From: a virus | Lineage: Duplodnaviria; Caudoviricetes | Virus record (IMG/VR): IMGVR_UViG_3300030328_002903 | Location: 1 to 55,724 of that record | Reading direction: 5' to 3' (one strand) | DNA: 55,724 nt | Made by a program: the position numbers and the translations under genes | The notes under the pieces: model-generated | The model's database searches: none | Told to the model about the DNA's origin: nothing | What the model saw: only the letters and a program-made list of their open reading frames with translations | In this document: positions 33,592 to 44,202 of the stretch, piece by piece | Position numbering within the stretch: the stretch's first letter is position 1 | Layout of the letters: every line of letters begins with the position of its first letter

Positions 33592-34382
33592 TGGCAAACG
33601 CAGTAGCAGAACAAAAACAAACTGGAGTTTCGGTTGAACTTGTCGATGATATTTTTAACATGGCAGGTGCAGGAGCCGATTTCAGTAGTGATGAAATGCA
33701 AATGCCTTTCATTCGTATCGCACAAGCTATGTCTCCAGAGATAAAGAAGTCCGATGCAAAGTTCATAGAAGGATGTGGACAGGGTGATATCTTTAATAAC
33801 TTAACTCATGAGTATTGGGGTGAAGGTGTTGAAGTAATACCATGTTACGTTCAGACCAAGTACACCGAGTGGGTACCTATTGACGATGGTGGTGGATTTG
33901 TGGGAGAGATTGCACCGGGTGATCCTGTCCTTACCACAACAACTCGAGAAGGATCTACTGAAACTTTACCAAATGGGAACGAAGTAGTTAAAGCAGATCA
34001 CTATGTTGTTCTTGTAAAGTCTAACGATGGAAGTTGGTCACCAGCTGTTCTAGATATGAAGAGTACAGGACTCAAGATTAGTCGTAGATGGAAGACTCAA
34101 ATCAATTTACAGACAATCACTCATCCAAAAACAAAAAAGATTGCGAAGTGTCCTATCTTTGGGAACATTTGGAAGATGACTACGGTCGAGGAAACCAACA
34201 AGAACAATCAGACTTACTTTAATTATTCCGTTACTAAGGTTGGATTAATTCAGGATTCTGATTTGTTTACTCAAGCAAAGACTCTGCATGTGTCGAGTGC
34301 CAAGGGTGAGGTGAAAACCGAAGCTCCAGAACAGGCACAGGATGTTAAGTCAACAGAAGACTCTGACGAAATTCCATTCTAA
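33591..34382 (+). CDS. single-stranded DNA binding / annealing protein
   Basis: acidic C-terminus ending DEIPF; within replication cluster. Confidence 0.65.
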   Translation: MANAVAEQKQTGVSVELVDDIFNMAGAGADFSSDEMQMPFIRIAQAMSPEIKKSDAKFIEGCGQGDIFNNLTHEYWGEGVEVIPCYVQTKYTEWVPIDDGGGFVGEIAPGDPVLTTTTREGSTETLPNGNEVVKADHYVVLVKSNDGSWSPAVLDMKSTGLKISRRWKTQINLQTITHPKTKKIAKCPIFGNIWKMTTVEETNKNNQTYFNYSVTKVGLIQDSDLFTQAKTLHVSSAKGEVKTEAPEQAQDVKSTEDSDEIPF

Positions 34383-35918
34383 ATGTCACATGCACAAAGC
34401 ATACTTGCCACCTTCGAGGGATCGAGGGTGGCACATGGAACTACTGTCGTAGGCAGAATCGGTAGGAATGGCAAGGCTGATGCCGATAGTCGTATCGTGC
34501 GTGAACCTTTGACCGAGGAAAAGATACAGGCACACCTTGATGGAAAGAATGGTGTGGGTGCTATCCCAATAAATGAGAAGAACGAGTGTAAGTGGGGGGC
34601 ATTGGATCTGGATGTATATGATTTAGATCATCAAACACTGCAGCAAAAAATCCAAAGTTTAAAACTACCCTTGGTACACTGCCGGTCTAAATCCGGGGGA
34701 GCACATTTATTTTTATTTCTTACACATTATGAACAAGCCTCAGTAGTGAGAGAATACTTATTGGAAATGGCAGTGGCTATAGGGCACAGTGGATGTGAGA
34801 TTTTTCCAAAGCAAGATAAGATATTATCAGAGCGAGGGGATGTAGGAAACTTTATTAATCTCCCCTATTTTAATTCTGATTTACCTCAACGGTATTGTTT
34901 TGACAAAAAAGGAGAAGCAATGGAACTTGAGGCATTTGTACAATTTATACAGAAGAGCAAGGTATCTCTTGACAAATTAGAGAAGACTTCCGTATCGGGA
35001 AAAAGGAAATACTTTACAGATGGACCACCATGCCTGGAACATTTATTTGCTAATGGTCCGAGTAGCGAGGATCGAAATAAAAAGTTATTTATGTGTGGTG
35101 TATACTGTCGATTGAAGACACCGGATGATTGGGTCAAGCAATTTGAAACAATGAATAGGCAGATGTTTACGACTCCACTAGATGCGAAGGAAGTTATGAA
35201 CTTACAGAAATCCTTAGACAAGAAGGAATATTTTTATACGTGTGAGCAAGAACCATTTAAGAGTTATTGTGACAAACAACTTTGCGTGACACGTAAGTAT
35301 GGAGTGGGAGATCAAGGAGCCGAGATGCCGCCAATAGGTAGCCTTACCATTATGTTATCGGAACCTCGATTATATTTTTTAGATGTAGCAGGACACAGAG
35401 TTCAGCTATCTACTGAACAATTACAAAATCAAACGTTGTTTCAACGGGCATGCATGGAACAGATACTGGTGATGCCTCCAACCATGCGTCCAAACAAATG
35501 GCATCAAACTATATCGCAGTTATTAAATGATTCGACAAAGCTAGAAGTTCCAGAAGAACTAAAAGTTTCGGGTCAGTTTTCAGAATTATTAAGGCAGTAT
35601 TGTACGAGTAGAATAAGAGCCATGCACCCTGAAGAATTGATACATGGAAAGCCTTGGACGGATGAAGGGTTAACCATGTTTACCATGTCAGGACTTGTTG
35701 AGTTTTTAAACAATAGGAAGTTTACTAATTTTACTAGGGCACAGGTTCAAGAGCAGCTGAAGAAATTCAACAGTGACCAGGATTGTAGTGGTCATAAGAG
35801 TATAAGGAAAGAGTCAGGGGAAAGAACTACCATTCGAGTATGGTGGGTCCCAGAGTTTAAAGGAGAGGAAGTGGAATTAAAAACAGAGGAATTTGATTAT
35901 GACGAAATACCATTCTAG
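34383..35918 (+). CDS. primase (archaeo-eukaryotic primase-like)
   Basis: DLD catalytic motif, SKSGGAH, EIFPKQ, GNFINLPY, PPC. Confidence 0.75.
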   Translation: MSHAQSILATFEGSRVAHGTTVVGRIGRNGKADADSRIVREPLTEEKIQAHLDGKNGVGAIPINEKNECKWGALDLDVYDLDHQTLQQKIQSLKLPLVHCRSKSGGAHLFLFLTHYEQASVVREYLLEMAVAIGHSGCEIFPKQDKILSERGDVGNFINLPYFNSDLPQRYCFDKKGEAMELEAFVQFIQKSKVSLDKLEKTSVSGKRKYFTDGPPCLEHLFANGPSSEDRNKKLFMCGVYCRLKTPDDWVKQFETMNRQMFTTPLDAKEVMNLQKSLDKKEYFYTCEQEPFKSYCDKQLCVTRKYGVGDQGAEMPPIGSLTIMLSEPRLYFLDVAGHRVQLSTEQLQNQTLFQRACMEQILVMPPTMRPNKWHQTISQLLNDSTKLEVPEELKVSGQFSELLRQYCTSRIRAMHPEELIHGKPWTDEGLTMFTMSGLVEFLNNRKFTNFTRAQVQEQLKKFNSDQDCSGHKSIRKESGERTTIRVWWVPEFKGEEVELKTEEFDYDEIPF

Positions 35919-36153
35919 TCCAAGCGGTTATCCCCCCATGAGCAATTCACCACTAATGAAAATTGGTGAGATAACCGAGTGGCTTTCTGTTTCAGAGTCA
36001 GCCATTTATAAATGGGTGGATCAAGAACGTTTTCCAAAACCAATTAAGTTTGGTGGCCCGGATACAAAGAGAAAATCTAGTAGATGGGTGCGAGAAGAAG
36101 TAGAAACTTGGTTTCAGAAGCATGCAACGAAGAGAGAAGATGATAGAAAATAG
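35899..36153 (+). CDS. AlpA/excisionase-like HTH protein
   Basis: LSVSESAIYKWV....FPKPIK.G......RW..EEV..W. Confidence 0.8.
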   Translation: MTKYHSSPSGYPPMSNSPLMKIGEITEWLSVSESAIYKWVDQERFPKPIKFGGPDTKRKSSRWVREEVETWFQKHATKREDDRK

Positions 36154-37669
36154 TAGACTTATACTAGGACCACCGGGTTGTGGAAAAACTTACTCTTTAA
36201 TTCAAGAGGTGAAGGATGCTATTGCCAATGGTGTTAGTCCTTCTCGTATTGGAGTTGTGTCTTTCACAACGAAAGCTATCAGGGAGTTTATAGATAGGGC
36301 ATGTTCCGAATTTAAATTAACCAAGGATGACTTCCCACATTTTAGAACGCTCCATGCTACCGGGTTTCATGGATTAGGTTTAGATGTGGGTGATGTAATG
36401 GGGAGAGAAGATTATAGATCTTTAAGTAGAATGCTTGGGGTTGACTTTGATGGTTCGGATTCAACATCACCAGATGAAGGTATCCTTATTCCTACGGTTG
36501 GAGGTTCGGGAGCCAAGTACCTACAAATGATAATGAGAGCAAGGTACCGAGAGGTTTCTCTTGACAAGGAGTACAATGCAACCAAGGACTATAGCTTACA
36601 TTTTGAAAAGTTAGATCAGATAGATAGACAGTTAGTAATATATAAGAGTAATGCCAACAAACTCGACTTCTCTGACATGATAGCCAAGTATATAGAGGAT
36701 GTTGATCCTCCCTATCTTGATCTCTTGATTGTTGATGAAGCACAGGATTTAACACCATTGCAATGGACGATGGTTGAGAAGATGGCACAGAATACAGATC
36801 AAGTTATTATTGCAGGAGATGATGACCAAGCTATTCATAGGTGGACGGGTGTGAACGTTCGGAGGTTCTCTGATTCTTCTAATAGTATAAAGGTACTTAA
36901 CAAGTCTTATCGCCTACCACGTAGTGTCTGGGAGCTATCTGAACGCATTTCTAAACGCATTCCGGGTAGGATAGAAAAAGAGTTTTATCCTAGAGAAGAA
37001 GAGGGAAAGGTTAGTTGGGTGTGGAGATTAAGTGATCTTCCCCTGGACCAAGGTTCATGGACCATTATGGCGAGAACGAATAGCTTTGTTAAGGATATGG
37101 CAGAGGAACTTAGATCCTTGGGATATTTTTATTCTATTAAAGGAAGGCCTGCTATTTCTAAGGAACACATAGATACCATGTCTACGTGGAAAGATCTGCA
37201 GCTTGGTTATTCTTTATCGGTTGATGCTATAAAAAGATTTTATAAAGCTGTTCCAAAGACAAAGCAGAATGCAGTAGTGGCAAGGGGGTCAACATCTTTA
37301 CTTGATATGTTGGAACCAGATGCTACTGTAGATTATTGGGAATTAGTTAAAGACTTTGGGATGCTTGCTCCTTTGGAGCGAGATGCAAAGGATATAGTTA
37401 AGTTGAGTGATGATGAAAAATTGTATATCGCCACACTTGAACGAAGAGGCGACTCTATTAATGGAGAACCTCGTATTAAATTGTCTACTATTCATGCCAT
37501 GAAAGGAGGAGAGGACGACAACGTAGCTGTCTACATGGGGTCAACGCAATCTTGTGTGGAGGGCAACCATCCGGAGGATGAACATCGGGTATTTTACGTA
37601 GCAGTTACCCGAGCGAAACAAAATTTGTTTTTAATTGAGTCAAGTAAAAAGTACAGGTACATAATATGA
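36140..37669 (+). CDS. UvrD/Rep-like SF1 helicase
   Basis: GPPGCGKT, DEAQD, GDDDQAI, TIH..KGGE, YVAVTRA. Confidence 0.92.
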   Translation: MIENSRLILGPPGCGKTYSLIQEVKDAIANGVSPSRIGVVSFTTKAIREFIDRACSEFKLTKDDFPHFRTLHATGFHGLGLDVGDVMGREDYRSLSRMLGVDFDGSDSTSPDEGILIPTVGGSGAKYLQMIMRARYREVSLDKEYNATKDYSLHFEKLDQIDRQLVIYKSNANKLDFSDMIAKYIEDVDPPYLDLLIVDEAQDLTPLQWTMVEKMAQNTDQVIIAGDDDQAIHRWTGVNVRRFSDSSNSIKVLNKSYRLPRSVWELSERISKRIPGRIEKEFYPREEEGKVSWVWRLSDLPLDQGSWTIMARTNSFVKDMAEELRSLGYFYSIKGRPAISKEHIDTMSTWKDLQLGYSLSVDAIKRFYKAVPKTKQNAVVARGSTSLLDMLEPDATVDYWELVKDFGMLAPLERDAKDIVKLSDDEKLYIATLERRGDSINGEPRIKLSTIHAMKGGEDDNVAVYMGSTQSCVEGNHPEDEHRVFYVAVTRAKQNLFLIESSKKYRYII

Positions 37670-37821
37670 AAAAAAATAAAAGTAGAGTTCAGAAACCTAA
37701 GTTTCTTTTGAACTATGAATGTCCTTGTGGATATACATGGAAGACCTATTGGGAAAAATATTCTAAAGACCAATGCAGAGAATGTGGAAGACATGTAGAT
37801 CCAAAGGAGAAGATACAATGA
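37666..37821 (+). CDS. 51-aa zinc-ribbon protein (not in ORF track)
   Basis: CPCG..W...CRECG; ATGA coupling at both ends. Confidence 0.65.
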   Translation: MKKNKSRVQKPKFLLNYECPCGYTWKTYWEKYSKDQCRECGRHVDPKEKIQ

Positions 37822-38090
37822 AGAGAGAAGATATTTTAAAGGAAGCGGAGAGTCTCATCAATGGAGATCGAGCAAAAGATTATGGTGATGCTTATGTTAA
37901 CCACAAAAGGATTGCTGATCTATGGTCGGTTGTCTTGGGTAAAGAAGTAACAGTGAAAGAAGTTGTTCTTTGTATGATTTGCATGAAGGTCGCTCGGTTA
38001 GTTCATATGGATAAGGAGGATTCTTGGATTGATATTTGTGGATATGCAGGATTAGCAGGTGAATTTAGGGGGGATCATGGTAAGGGATAG
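37818..38090 (+). CDS. DUF6378-like conserved phage protein
   Basis: IL.EA..LINGDR..DYG...RIA.LWS...K.AR...DSW.DI.GYA. Confidence 0.75.
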   Translation: MKREDILKEAESLINGDRAKDYGDAYVNHKRIADLWSVVLGKEVTVKEVVLCMICMKVARLVHMDKEDSWIDICGYAGLAGEFRGDHGKG

Positions 38091-39984
38091 GAAGGACAAA
38101 AGCACCATATCTTTCATGGAAAGAATGGATATTGATGTGCTTGATAAGGATTGGAATATACCTTGTGTCTTCCCAGACTTAACACAGTATAGGCAAGTCG
38201 CTGTTGATTTGGAAACATGTGATCCTAATATCAAGGATCAAGGTCCGGGATGGGCAAGGAAGGAAGGTTTCATTGTTGGAATAGCTGTAGCGGCAGGAGA
38301 TTATTATGGATACTTTCCTATCCGTCACCAGAATGGACACAACTTAGATCCAAAGATAACGCTTCGTTGGTTTAAGGAACAAATGAAAACTCCTAATGTT
38401 GATAAGATTATGCACAATGCTACCTATGATTTGGGTTGGCTACGAGCCGAAGGGATCGAGGTGCAAGGTAGGATAATCGACACTATGATAACGGGTGCAG
38501 TAGTGGACGAGAACCGATGGTCATATAGCCTAGATAATCTTGGGCGGGATTGGATTAACATGCGTAAGGATGAAAAGTTATTACGTGCTACTGCGAAGGA
38601 TTGGGGGATAGATCCAAAGGCAGAGATGTATGTTCTTCCACCTTCTAAGGTTGGTGCATACGCAGAACAAGATGCCGTGATGACTTTGAAATTGTGGGAA
38701 AGACTAAAGCAGGAACTTGATAAGCAGGACCTCTGGAACATTTGGAAACTAGAAACAAGTCTTATACCTACCATGTTGGATATGAAAACTAATGGAGTAC
38801 CCGTTGACTTAGATAAAGCAGATCAAATTGAAACGTCCTTGGCTAAGAAAGTTAAAGAATTAAAAGCCTGGATAAAGAAAAAAACGAGTATTGATATCAA
38901 ACCCTGGGCAAGCGAGTCAGTTAAGGAAATATTTGAAAGTCTTAATTTACAATATCCAAAGACAGAAGCTGGTGCTCCTTCTTTTACAAAGCAATTTTTA
39001 TCGAATCACCCTCATGAGGTATGTCAGACCATTGTTAAGCTAAGAGAGTTTGATAAAGCCGGGTCTACTTTTATAAAGACTATTAAAAAACATGCCTACA
39101 AAGGACGTATCCATGCAGAGTTTCACCAACTACGAAGTGATGATGGTGGCACTGTAACCGGAAGGTTCTCTTCATCTAACCCTAATCTGCAGCAGATCCC
39201 TGCTCGAGATCCAGACATTAAGAAAATGATACGAGGACTTTTTGTTCCAGAAGAAGGAACCAAGTGGGGGTCTTTCGATTACTCGAGCCAAGAACCAAGG
39301 CTCTTGGTTCATTTCGCTGCGAGTCTTGGCAAAAGAAAACATGAGATGGTAGATAACATTGTAGAAGAATATCAGAATGGAGATGTGGATTTACATCAGA
39401 TGGTAGCTGATTTTGCAGGCATCAGTAGGAAAGAAGCAAAGACGGTAAACCTTGGTATTATGTATGGAATGGGTAAGGGTAAGTTAGCAAATCAACTAGG
39501 TGTATCTATGGAGGAAGCGTCAGAAATATTAGAGACACATAAATCTAAGGTACCTTTTGTTAAGGACTTAGCCAACATAGCATCTAAGCAAGCTGCAGAT
39601 TTTGGAGTGATCCGCACCTTGTTAGGAAGACGTTGCCATTTTCATTTATGGGAACCAAAAACTTTTGGTTATAATAGACCTTTATCTTATGAAGATGCTA
39701 TGAAAGAATATGGACAACCACTTAGAAGAGCCTTTACATACAAGGCTTTGAATAAACTTATTCAAGGTTCGGCGGCAGACCAAACAAAAAAAGCCATGTC
39801 AGATTGTTACAAAGCTGGCCTTGTTCCTATGCTAACAGTGCATGATGAACTATGTTTTTCAGTGCAAAGTAAAGAACAATCTGATACAATAAAAAATATT
39901 ATGGAGAATGGATTGAACGATATATTAAAAGTACCATCTAAAGTAGATGATGTCCTCGCTAATAATTGGGGAGAAGTAGATTAA
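38077..39984 (+). CDS. DNA polymerase family A with 3'-5' exonuclease
   Basis: DLET, HNA.YD, TGRFSS..PNLQQ, DYS.QE.R, R..AK..N.G..YG, QGSAAD, VHDE. Confidence 0.95.
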   Translation: MVRDRKDKSTISFMERMDIDVLDKDWNIPCVFPDLTQYRQVAVDLETCDPNIKDQGPGWARKEGFIVGIAVAAGDYYGYFPIRHQNGHNLDPKITLRWFKEQMKTPNVDKIMHNATYDLGWLRAEGIEVQGRIIDTMITGAVVDENRWSYSLDNLGRDWINMRKDEKLLRATAKDWGIDPKAEMYVLPPSKVGAYAEQDAVMTLKLWERLKQELDKQDLWNIWKLETSLIPTMLDMKTNGVPVDLDKADQIETSLAKKVKELKAWIKKKTSIDIKPWASESVKEIFESLNLQYPKTEAGAPSFTKQFLSNHPHEVCQTIVKLREFDKAGSTFIKTIKKHAYKGRIHAEFHQLRSDDGGTVTGRFSSSNPNLQQIPARDPDIKKMIRGLFVPEEGTKWGSFDYSSQEPRLLVHFAASLGKRKHEMVDNIVEEYQNGDVDLHQMVADFAGISRKEAKTVNLGIMYGMGKGKLANQLGVSMEEASEILETHKSKVPFVKDLANIASKQAADFGVIRTLLGRRCHFHLWEPKTFGYNRPLSYEDAMKEYGQPLRRAFTYKALNKLIQGSAADQTKKAMSDCYKAGLVPMLTVHDELCFSVQSKEQSDTIKNIMENGLNDILKVPSKVDDVLANNWGEVD

Positions 39985-40193
39985 TGGATTTTATGGAAGA
40001 AGATTTTAATTCGGTTGGAATAAAAGAGATGCATCCTTTACAGGTCAGAGCACTTATGGAGTTTATTGGATTAAGTCTTAGTATCGCAGCGGCTAATAAA
40101 AATCCTCATGCTCTTGAGGACGTTAAGCATTGTGCCGATGATCTAATTCATATGCTTGGTGGCAATGGAATCAAGGTAGAGACAAGACACTAG
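39984..40193 (+). CDS. hypothetical protein
   Basis: TAATG coupling to polymerase; stop overlaps convergent gene. Confidence 0.65.
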   Translation: MDFMEEDFNSVGIKEMHPLQVRALMEFIGLSLSIAAANKNPHALEDVKHCADDLIHMLGGNGIKVETRH

Positions 40194-43100
40194 GCTCTGC
40201 CAAGCCTTTGTGCCAGCTGTATATTCGCAGGATTATTACCTAGTAAATTGGGATTGACCGGTCCCGGTTGCACGTTCATTGATGCAAGGTTCATGTTAAC
40301 AGGAGCAGGAGCCGGGATACTTGATTGAGGTGGATTTGGAGTTAACCCCGGAGGTGGATTTGGAGTTAACCCCGGGGGTGGACTTAGTTCATTTGTTGTG
40401 GGTTCATTTGACATTACTCCAAATTGTCTATCTCTTTGACCTTTTATATAAGACCTAATTTCTTGTCTTGGTAATAAATCTAGTGTTCCGTTTCTTCTCA
40501 TCTCACCAATTTTGTCAGTAGATGGAAAGGGTAATGGAACATATCTTCCTCGCAACAATTCCTTAAATCCAGAAATGTTTTCATCCTTAAATAGCCTTTT
40601 AATTTTTGAATTAGAAAACCCTAGTTTTTTGTAGTCCTGTAATACGTTATAAAATTTATTGTAAACTCTAAACCTATCTTCGTTTGCTTCTATAAAAGTA
40701 TTAAGTAAGTCTGACCTTGTAGTATTAGGTCTTCCAAGTTCTCTATTAAATTTACTTGATGAACTACTTCTTCCAGACGTAAATTCATATCCTTTAAAAG
40801 TTAAACTTGTATCCAACGTTCCTTCTGATTCTGTAATTCCACTAAACGCTCTAGCAAGTTCTTTTGTTAGATCTCTTTCAATTCCTTTTGTATCTACTCT
40901 TGATATACCAAGTTCTTCATTTAAATCTAAAGAATTAACTAATCCTCTAGCAAATCTACTTGCTTGGAATTGACCACTTCTAACATCCACAGGAACTATA
41001 CTTGGGATAAGAGCATCCATCATATGATTAAAACTATTTGCAATTTTTCTACCTGCACTATCTGTGTCTCTATACACTTTAGCACCGGTTACCGTTCGAC
41101 CGCCTCTTCCACCTGCAACGTTTGCTAATGACTTAAGGACTGGAACATTCGTAGTAGGGTCAAGAACATCTCTCAGTTTTGCACCGGCAATAGACTCTTC
41201 TGTAAATGGAGCGAACAATTCAGATAAAGATTCAAACCCTGCCTCTGTTACGATTTGTGCTCCCGGTTTACCAAGCCTTTGGCCTTCATCAAATTTATTT
41301 AATGCAGCAATAATTGTTTTTTCTATTATGTCATAAGGATTTGAATAACTAAAGTTAATGTATCTTGGAGTACCATCTTCGTTACGTCCAGTAGGAATCA
41401 ACCTTGCATTTTTTTCCCAAGGAGGAACACCAGATCTTTGTAAAGCGTCCATTTCTTCCTGTGAAACACCAGAAAGTTCTTGCCCAAGTTTAGTTAATGT
41501 AACGGGCAAAATTGTAGTTGTAGATAAAGCACCTGTTAATCTTCTTAATCCAATTTTTTGTATCTCTACATTAGCGTCTGCAAGTTCGTCTATTCCTCGA
41601 GCTACCGTATTCATTCCTGTTCTTAAAATTTCATAAGGAAAAGCTATAAAGTTACCAACAGGAAGTTTTCTTAAAGCCTTTATAGCTTCAGGTGCAAGGT
41701 TGTAATTAGGTACTGTGTTTCTTACAATTCTTGCAGCCTCATCATCAATAAACTCATTTATAAAATTAGGTTTTGCTTCCTTAATTGGAACACCTGTTTT
41801 CTTTCGGATAAAAGCTGCTTTGTCTTCAGATGACATTTTGTTTAAAGCGTTAGCTAATTTACTTTTTTCAAACTCAAAGTTATATATCTTCCATATGTCA
41901 TCACCACCTTGATACAAGTCTTCAGCTTTTGTACCTACTCCTCTGACAAATTTTCCTATAGGATTATCTGTAATCTTAGATCCAAATTTTCTAGTGGTTG
42001 CCAATCCATCAATAGTAGTTTCTTCTGTATATCCAATACCTTTTTTAATTAAAGATTGAAGTTCTTTTAATTCTGCTTGACTATTAATAACACCTAGTCT
42101 TTGTAGCTTTTGAAGTTCTTCTAATGAGTTTGGTTTACTAAGAATGTTATCATAAACAAGTCTCATTGATTCAAAAAGATTAGCTCCTCTACCTATATTC
42201 CCTTGCATCATAGCAAAGGCAGCAGCAGTTGATACGTTTCGTACCTGTGTTACTGGGGATAAAACTGTTTTTCCATATTGAGCAAAACCTTTAGCTTTTA
42301 AAAACCCACTATATAAAGAACGTGCGGGATTCATAACACCTAAATCACCTAAAACAATCCTTGTTAAATCTTCATATACACGATTAGGCACAGCGTATCC
42401 ATTTAAGGAACCCCAACCAGAGGTTCTTATGTCATCCGCTTCTCCTTTTCTTGTACTAGATCCTTTTGATCCACCTAAAATAGTGTATCCTTCTTCTTCT
42501 AAATCAGCTTTGGCGGCATCGTCCATTCCTTCTGTAGATCTAAACAGTTTAGCTATACCTGGATTTGTTTCAGAAAGTTTTCTTATCTTACCAAAGTAAT
42601 TATCAACAGCTGAAAACTCTGCCAAATCTGCCACTGTAGATACATAGTTTTCTAAAGGGTCATCAACTCTCCCTAACAAAGCTTCTTGATACTTTGTTAA
42701 GTTCTTTCTATCTACAAATAATCCCGGGTTTAATTTAAACTCTGGAGTTCTACCTATATATTCATTTCTTCTTTTTCTATGACGTTTATATTTACGTAAG
42801 AATGCATCGGCAGCTTCTTGAGCTAACTCATCTGTTACTGGGCCATCTCCAATAGGTCTTTTAAGAATTTCTTCTACTGATTTTTTATCTCCTTTAAAAC
42901 CTCTTCTTGCTATTGCAAAAACTTGTTCACTTGGAGTGTAATCAGCATCTTCAAAAACTTGATAACGTTTACGCATGTAAGAACCAAGGTTCGTGCGTAT
43001 AGTTTCTTTTAAACTTTTTTCAGTTTCTTTTACTGGAATAAAATCATTCTTCTTTATGAAATCGCTATCCATAATTTTTTTACTAAGAGAATCAATTTGT

Positions 43101-44191
43101 CCTCTCATTAAATTTAAGTCATTGTGCAATATTTTAGGAATAAATTTAAGAGCTTGCTCTTTTCCTAAAGCATCCGTTGTTAAATACTTATCAATAGTAT
43201 TGAGCATATTTTTCCTAGTTAAAGGAGTACCACTATCTGTGGCTTGAAGACCTTGATCTACAATTTTAGTTAGGTTTTTATCTAGTCTATCTATAATTTG
43301 TTTAGCACCTTTAGCTTCTGCTTCAATAAATCCTTCTATTAAAGATTTAGATTCTCCTATTTCTTGAGGAAGAACACCTCTATATCTTAAATATCCTAAC
43401 GTGTTTCCAAGAGCATTTTCAAAAACATTAGATTCATCAAACCTAACTTTATCTTCTACTGTTTTAAGATAGTCACCAATCTTTGCTCCTCCTGCCTTAA
43501 CGGCACGGGCAGCTTGAGGTAAACCAGGAATATATCCTGCCGCATCAATAGCTTCAGAGGCCGCTGCTCCAATTCCTTTTGCTACAAAAGGTGCAGCGAT
43601 AAGTCCTAATCCACCTTCAAAACCAACTTTTACTTTATTTAAAAGTCTTCTAGATGCTTCTTCATCTCCTTGTAATCCAATGTCCTCTTGCGTGGCTGTC
43701 CAACCACCTTCAAAAAAATCTCCTAGTGTAGTTGTATCGTTGGTAGCAACCACCGCATCTGTAGTTGCCGCTGCTCCTAATTGTCTTGCAAAAGTTCCTA
43801 ACCTTCCTGCCTTACTAGCTGCACCAACAAGTCTAGCTGCTGCTAAACCAGGTAAAACAAACTGTACACCAACTTCACCTATCGCACCCGCTACTCCTTC
43901 TGGATCTATACCCGCTTTGTTTCTAATTTCTTCCCAAAATTCTGTAACATCTGAAGCGTAATCTGTACCACCAAAATAATCTGGAACTAAAGCAGCTGTT
44001 TCTAGAATACCTTGTATCATTTTTATTCCACCAGAGGCTGCTCCCTCTGCAAACTCTTGAACAACACCCTCTGACGTTGGAGGTGGAGTGGGTGAAAGAC
44101 CTTTAGGTGGAGTGGGGAAAAGACCTTCAGGTGGATTAGCACTTAACCCTTCAGGTGGAGTGGGTGAAAGACCCAGAGGTGTTTTAACCAT
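40190..44191 (-). CDS. large internal virion (ejection) protein
   Basis: 1333 aa, last gene of the late operon; helical; Pro-rich termini. Confidence 0.75.
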   Translation of the reverse strand: MVKTPLGLSPTPPEGLSANPPEGLFPTPPKGLSPTPPPTSEGVVQEFAEGAASGGIKMIQGILETAALVPDYFGGTDYASDVTEFWEEIRNKAGIDPEGVAGAIGEVGVQFVLPGLAAARLVGAASKAGRLGTFARQLGAAATTDAVVATNDTTTLGDFFEGGWTATQEDIGLQGDEEASRRLLNKVKVGFEGGLGLIAAPFVAKGIGAAASEAIDAAGYIPGLPQAARAVKAGGAKIGDYLKTVEDKVRFDESNVFENALGNTLGYLRYRGVLPQEIGESKSLIEGFIEAEAKGAKQIIDRLDKNLTKIVDQGLQATDSGTPLTRKNMLNTIDKYLTTDALGKEQALKFIPKILHNDLNLMRGQIDSLSKKIMDSDFIKKNDFIPVKETEKSLKETIRTNLGSYMRKRYQVFEDADYTPSEQVFAIARRGFKGDKKSVEEILKRPIGDGPVTDELAQEAADAFLRKYKRHRKRRNEYIGRTPEFKLNPGLFVDRKNLTKYQEALLGRVDDPLENYVSTVADLAEFSAVDNYFGKIRKLSETNPGIAKLFRSTEGMDDAAKADLEEEGYTILGGSKGSSTRKGEADDIRTSGWGSLNGYAVPNRVYEDLTRIVLGDLGVMNPARSLYSGFLKAKGFAQYGKTVLSPVTQVRNVSTAAAFAMMQGNIGRGANLFESMRLVYDNILSKPNSLEELQKLQRLGVINSQAELKELQSLIKKGIGYTEETTIDGLATTRKFGSKITDNPIGKFVRGVGTKAEDLYQGGDDIWKIYNFEFEKSKLANALNKMSSEDKAAFIRKKTGVPIKEAKPNFINEFIDDEAARIVRNTVPNYNLAPEAIKALRKLPVGNFIAFPYEILRTGMNTVARGIDELADANVEIQKIGLRRLTGALSTTTILPVTLTKLGQELSGVSQEEMDALQRSGVPPWEKNARLIPTGRNEDGTPRYINFSYSNPYDIIEKTIIAALNKFDEGQRLGKPGAQIVTEAGFESLSELFAPFTEESIAGAKLRDVLDPTTNVPVLKSLANVAGGRGGRTVTGAKVYRDTDSAGRKIANSFNHMMDALIPSIVPVDVRSGQFQASRFARGLVNSLDLNEELGISRVDTKGIERDLTKELARAFSGITESEGTLDTSLTFKGYEFTSGRSSSSSKFNRELGRPNTTRSDLLNTFIEANEDRFRVYNKFYNVLQDYKKLGFSNSKIKRLFKDENISGFKELLRGRYVPLPFPSTDKIGEMRRNGTLDLLPRQEIRSYIKGQRDRQFGVMSNEPTTNELSPPPGLTPNPPPGLTPNPPQSSIPAPAPVNMNLASMNVQPGPVNPNLLGNNPANIQLAQRLGRA

Positions 44192-44202
44192 ATGTTATAC
44201 CT

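Noticed and set aside
38077-39984. HMO-2011-type polymerase with DnaJ zinc-finger insertion, or an intein
   Set aside because: No CxxCxGxG repeats; length is normal and motifs are contiguous.
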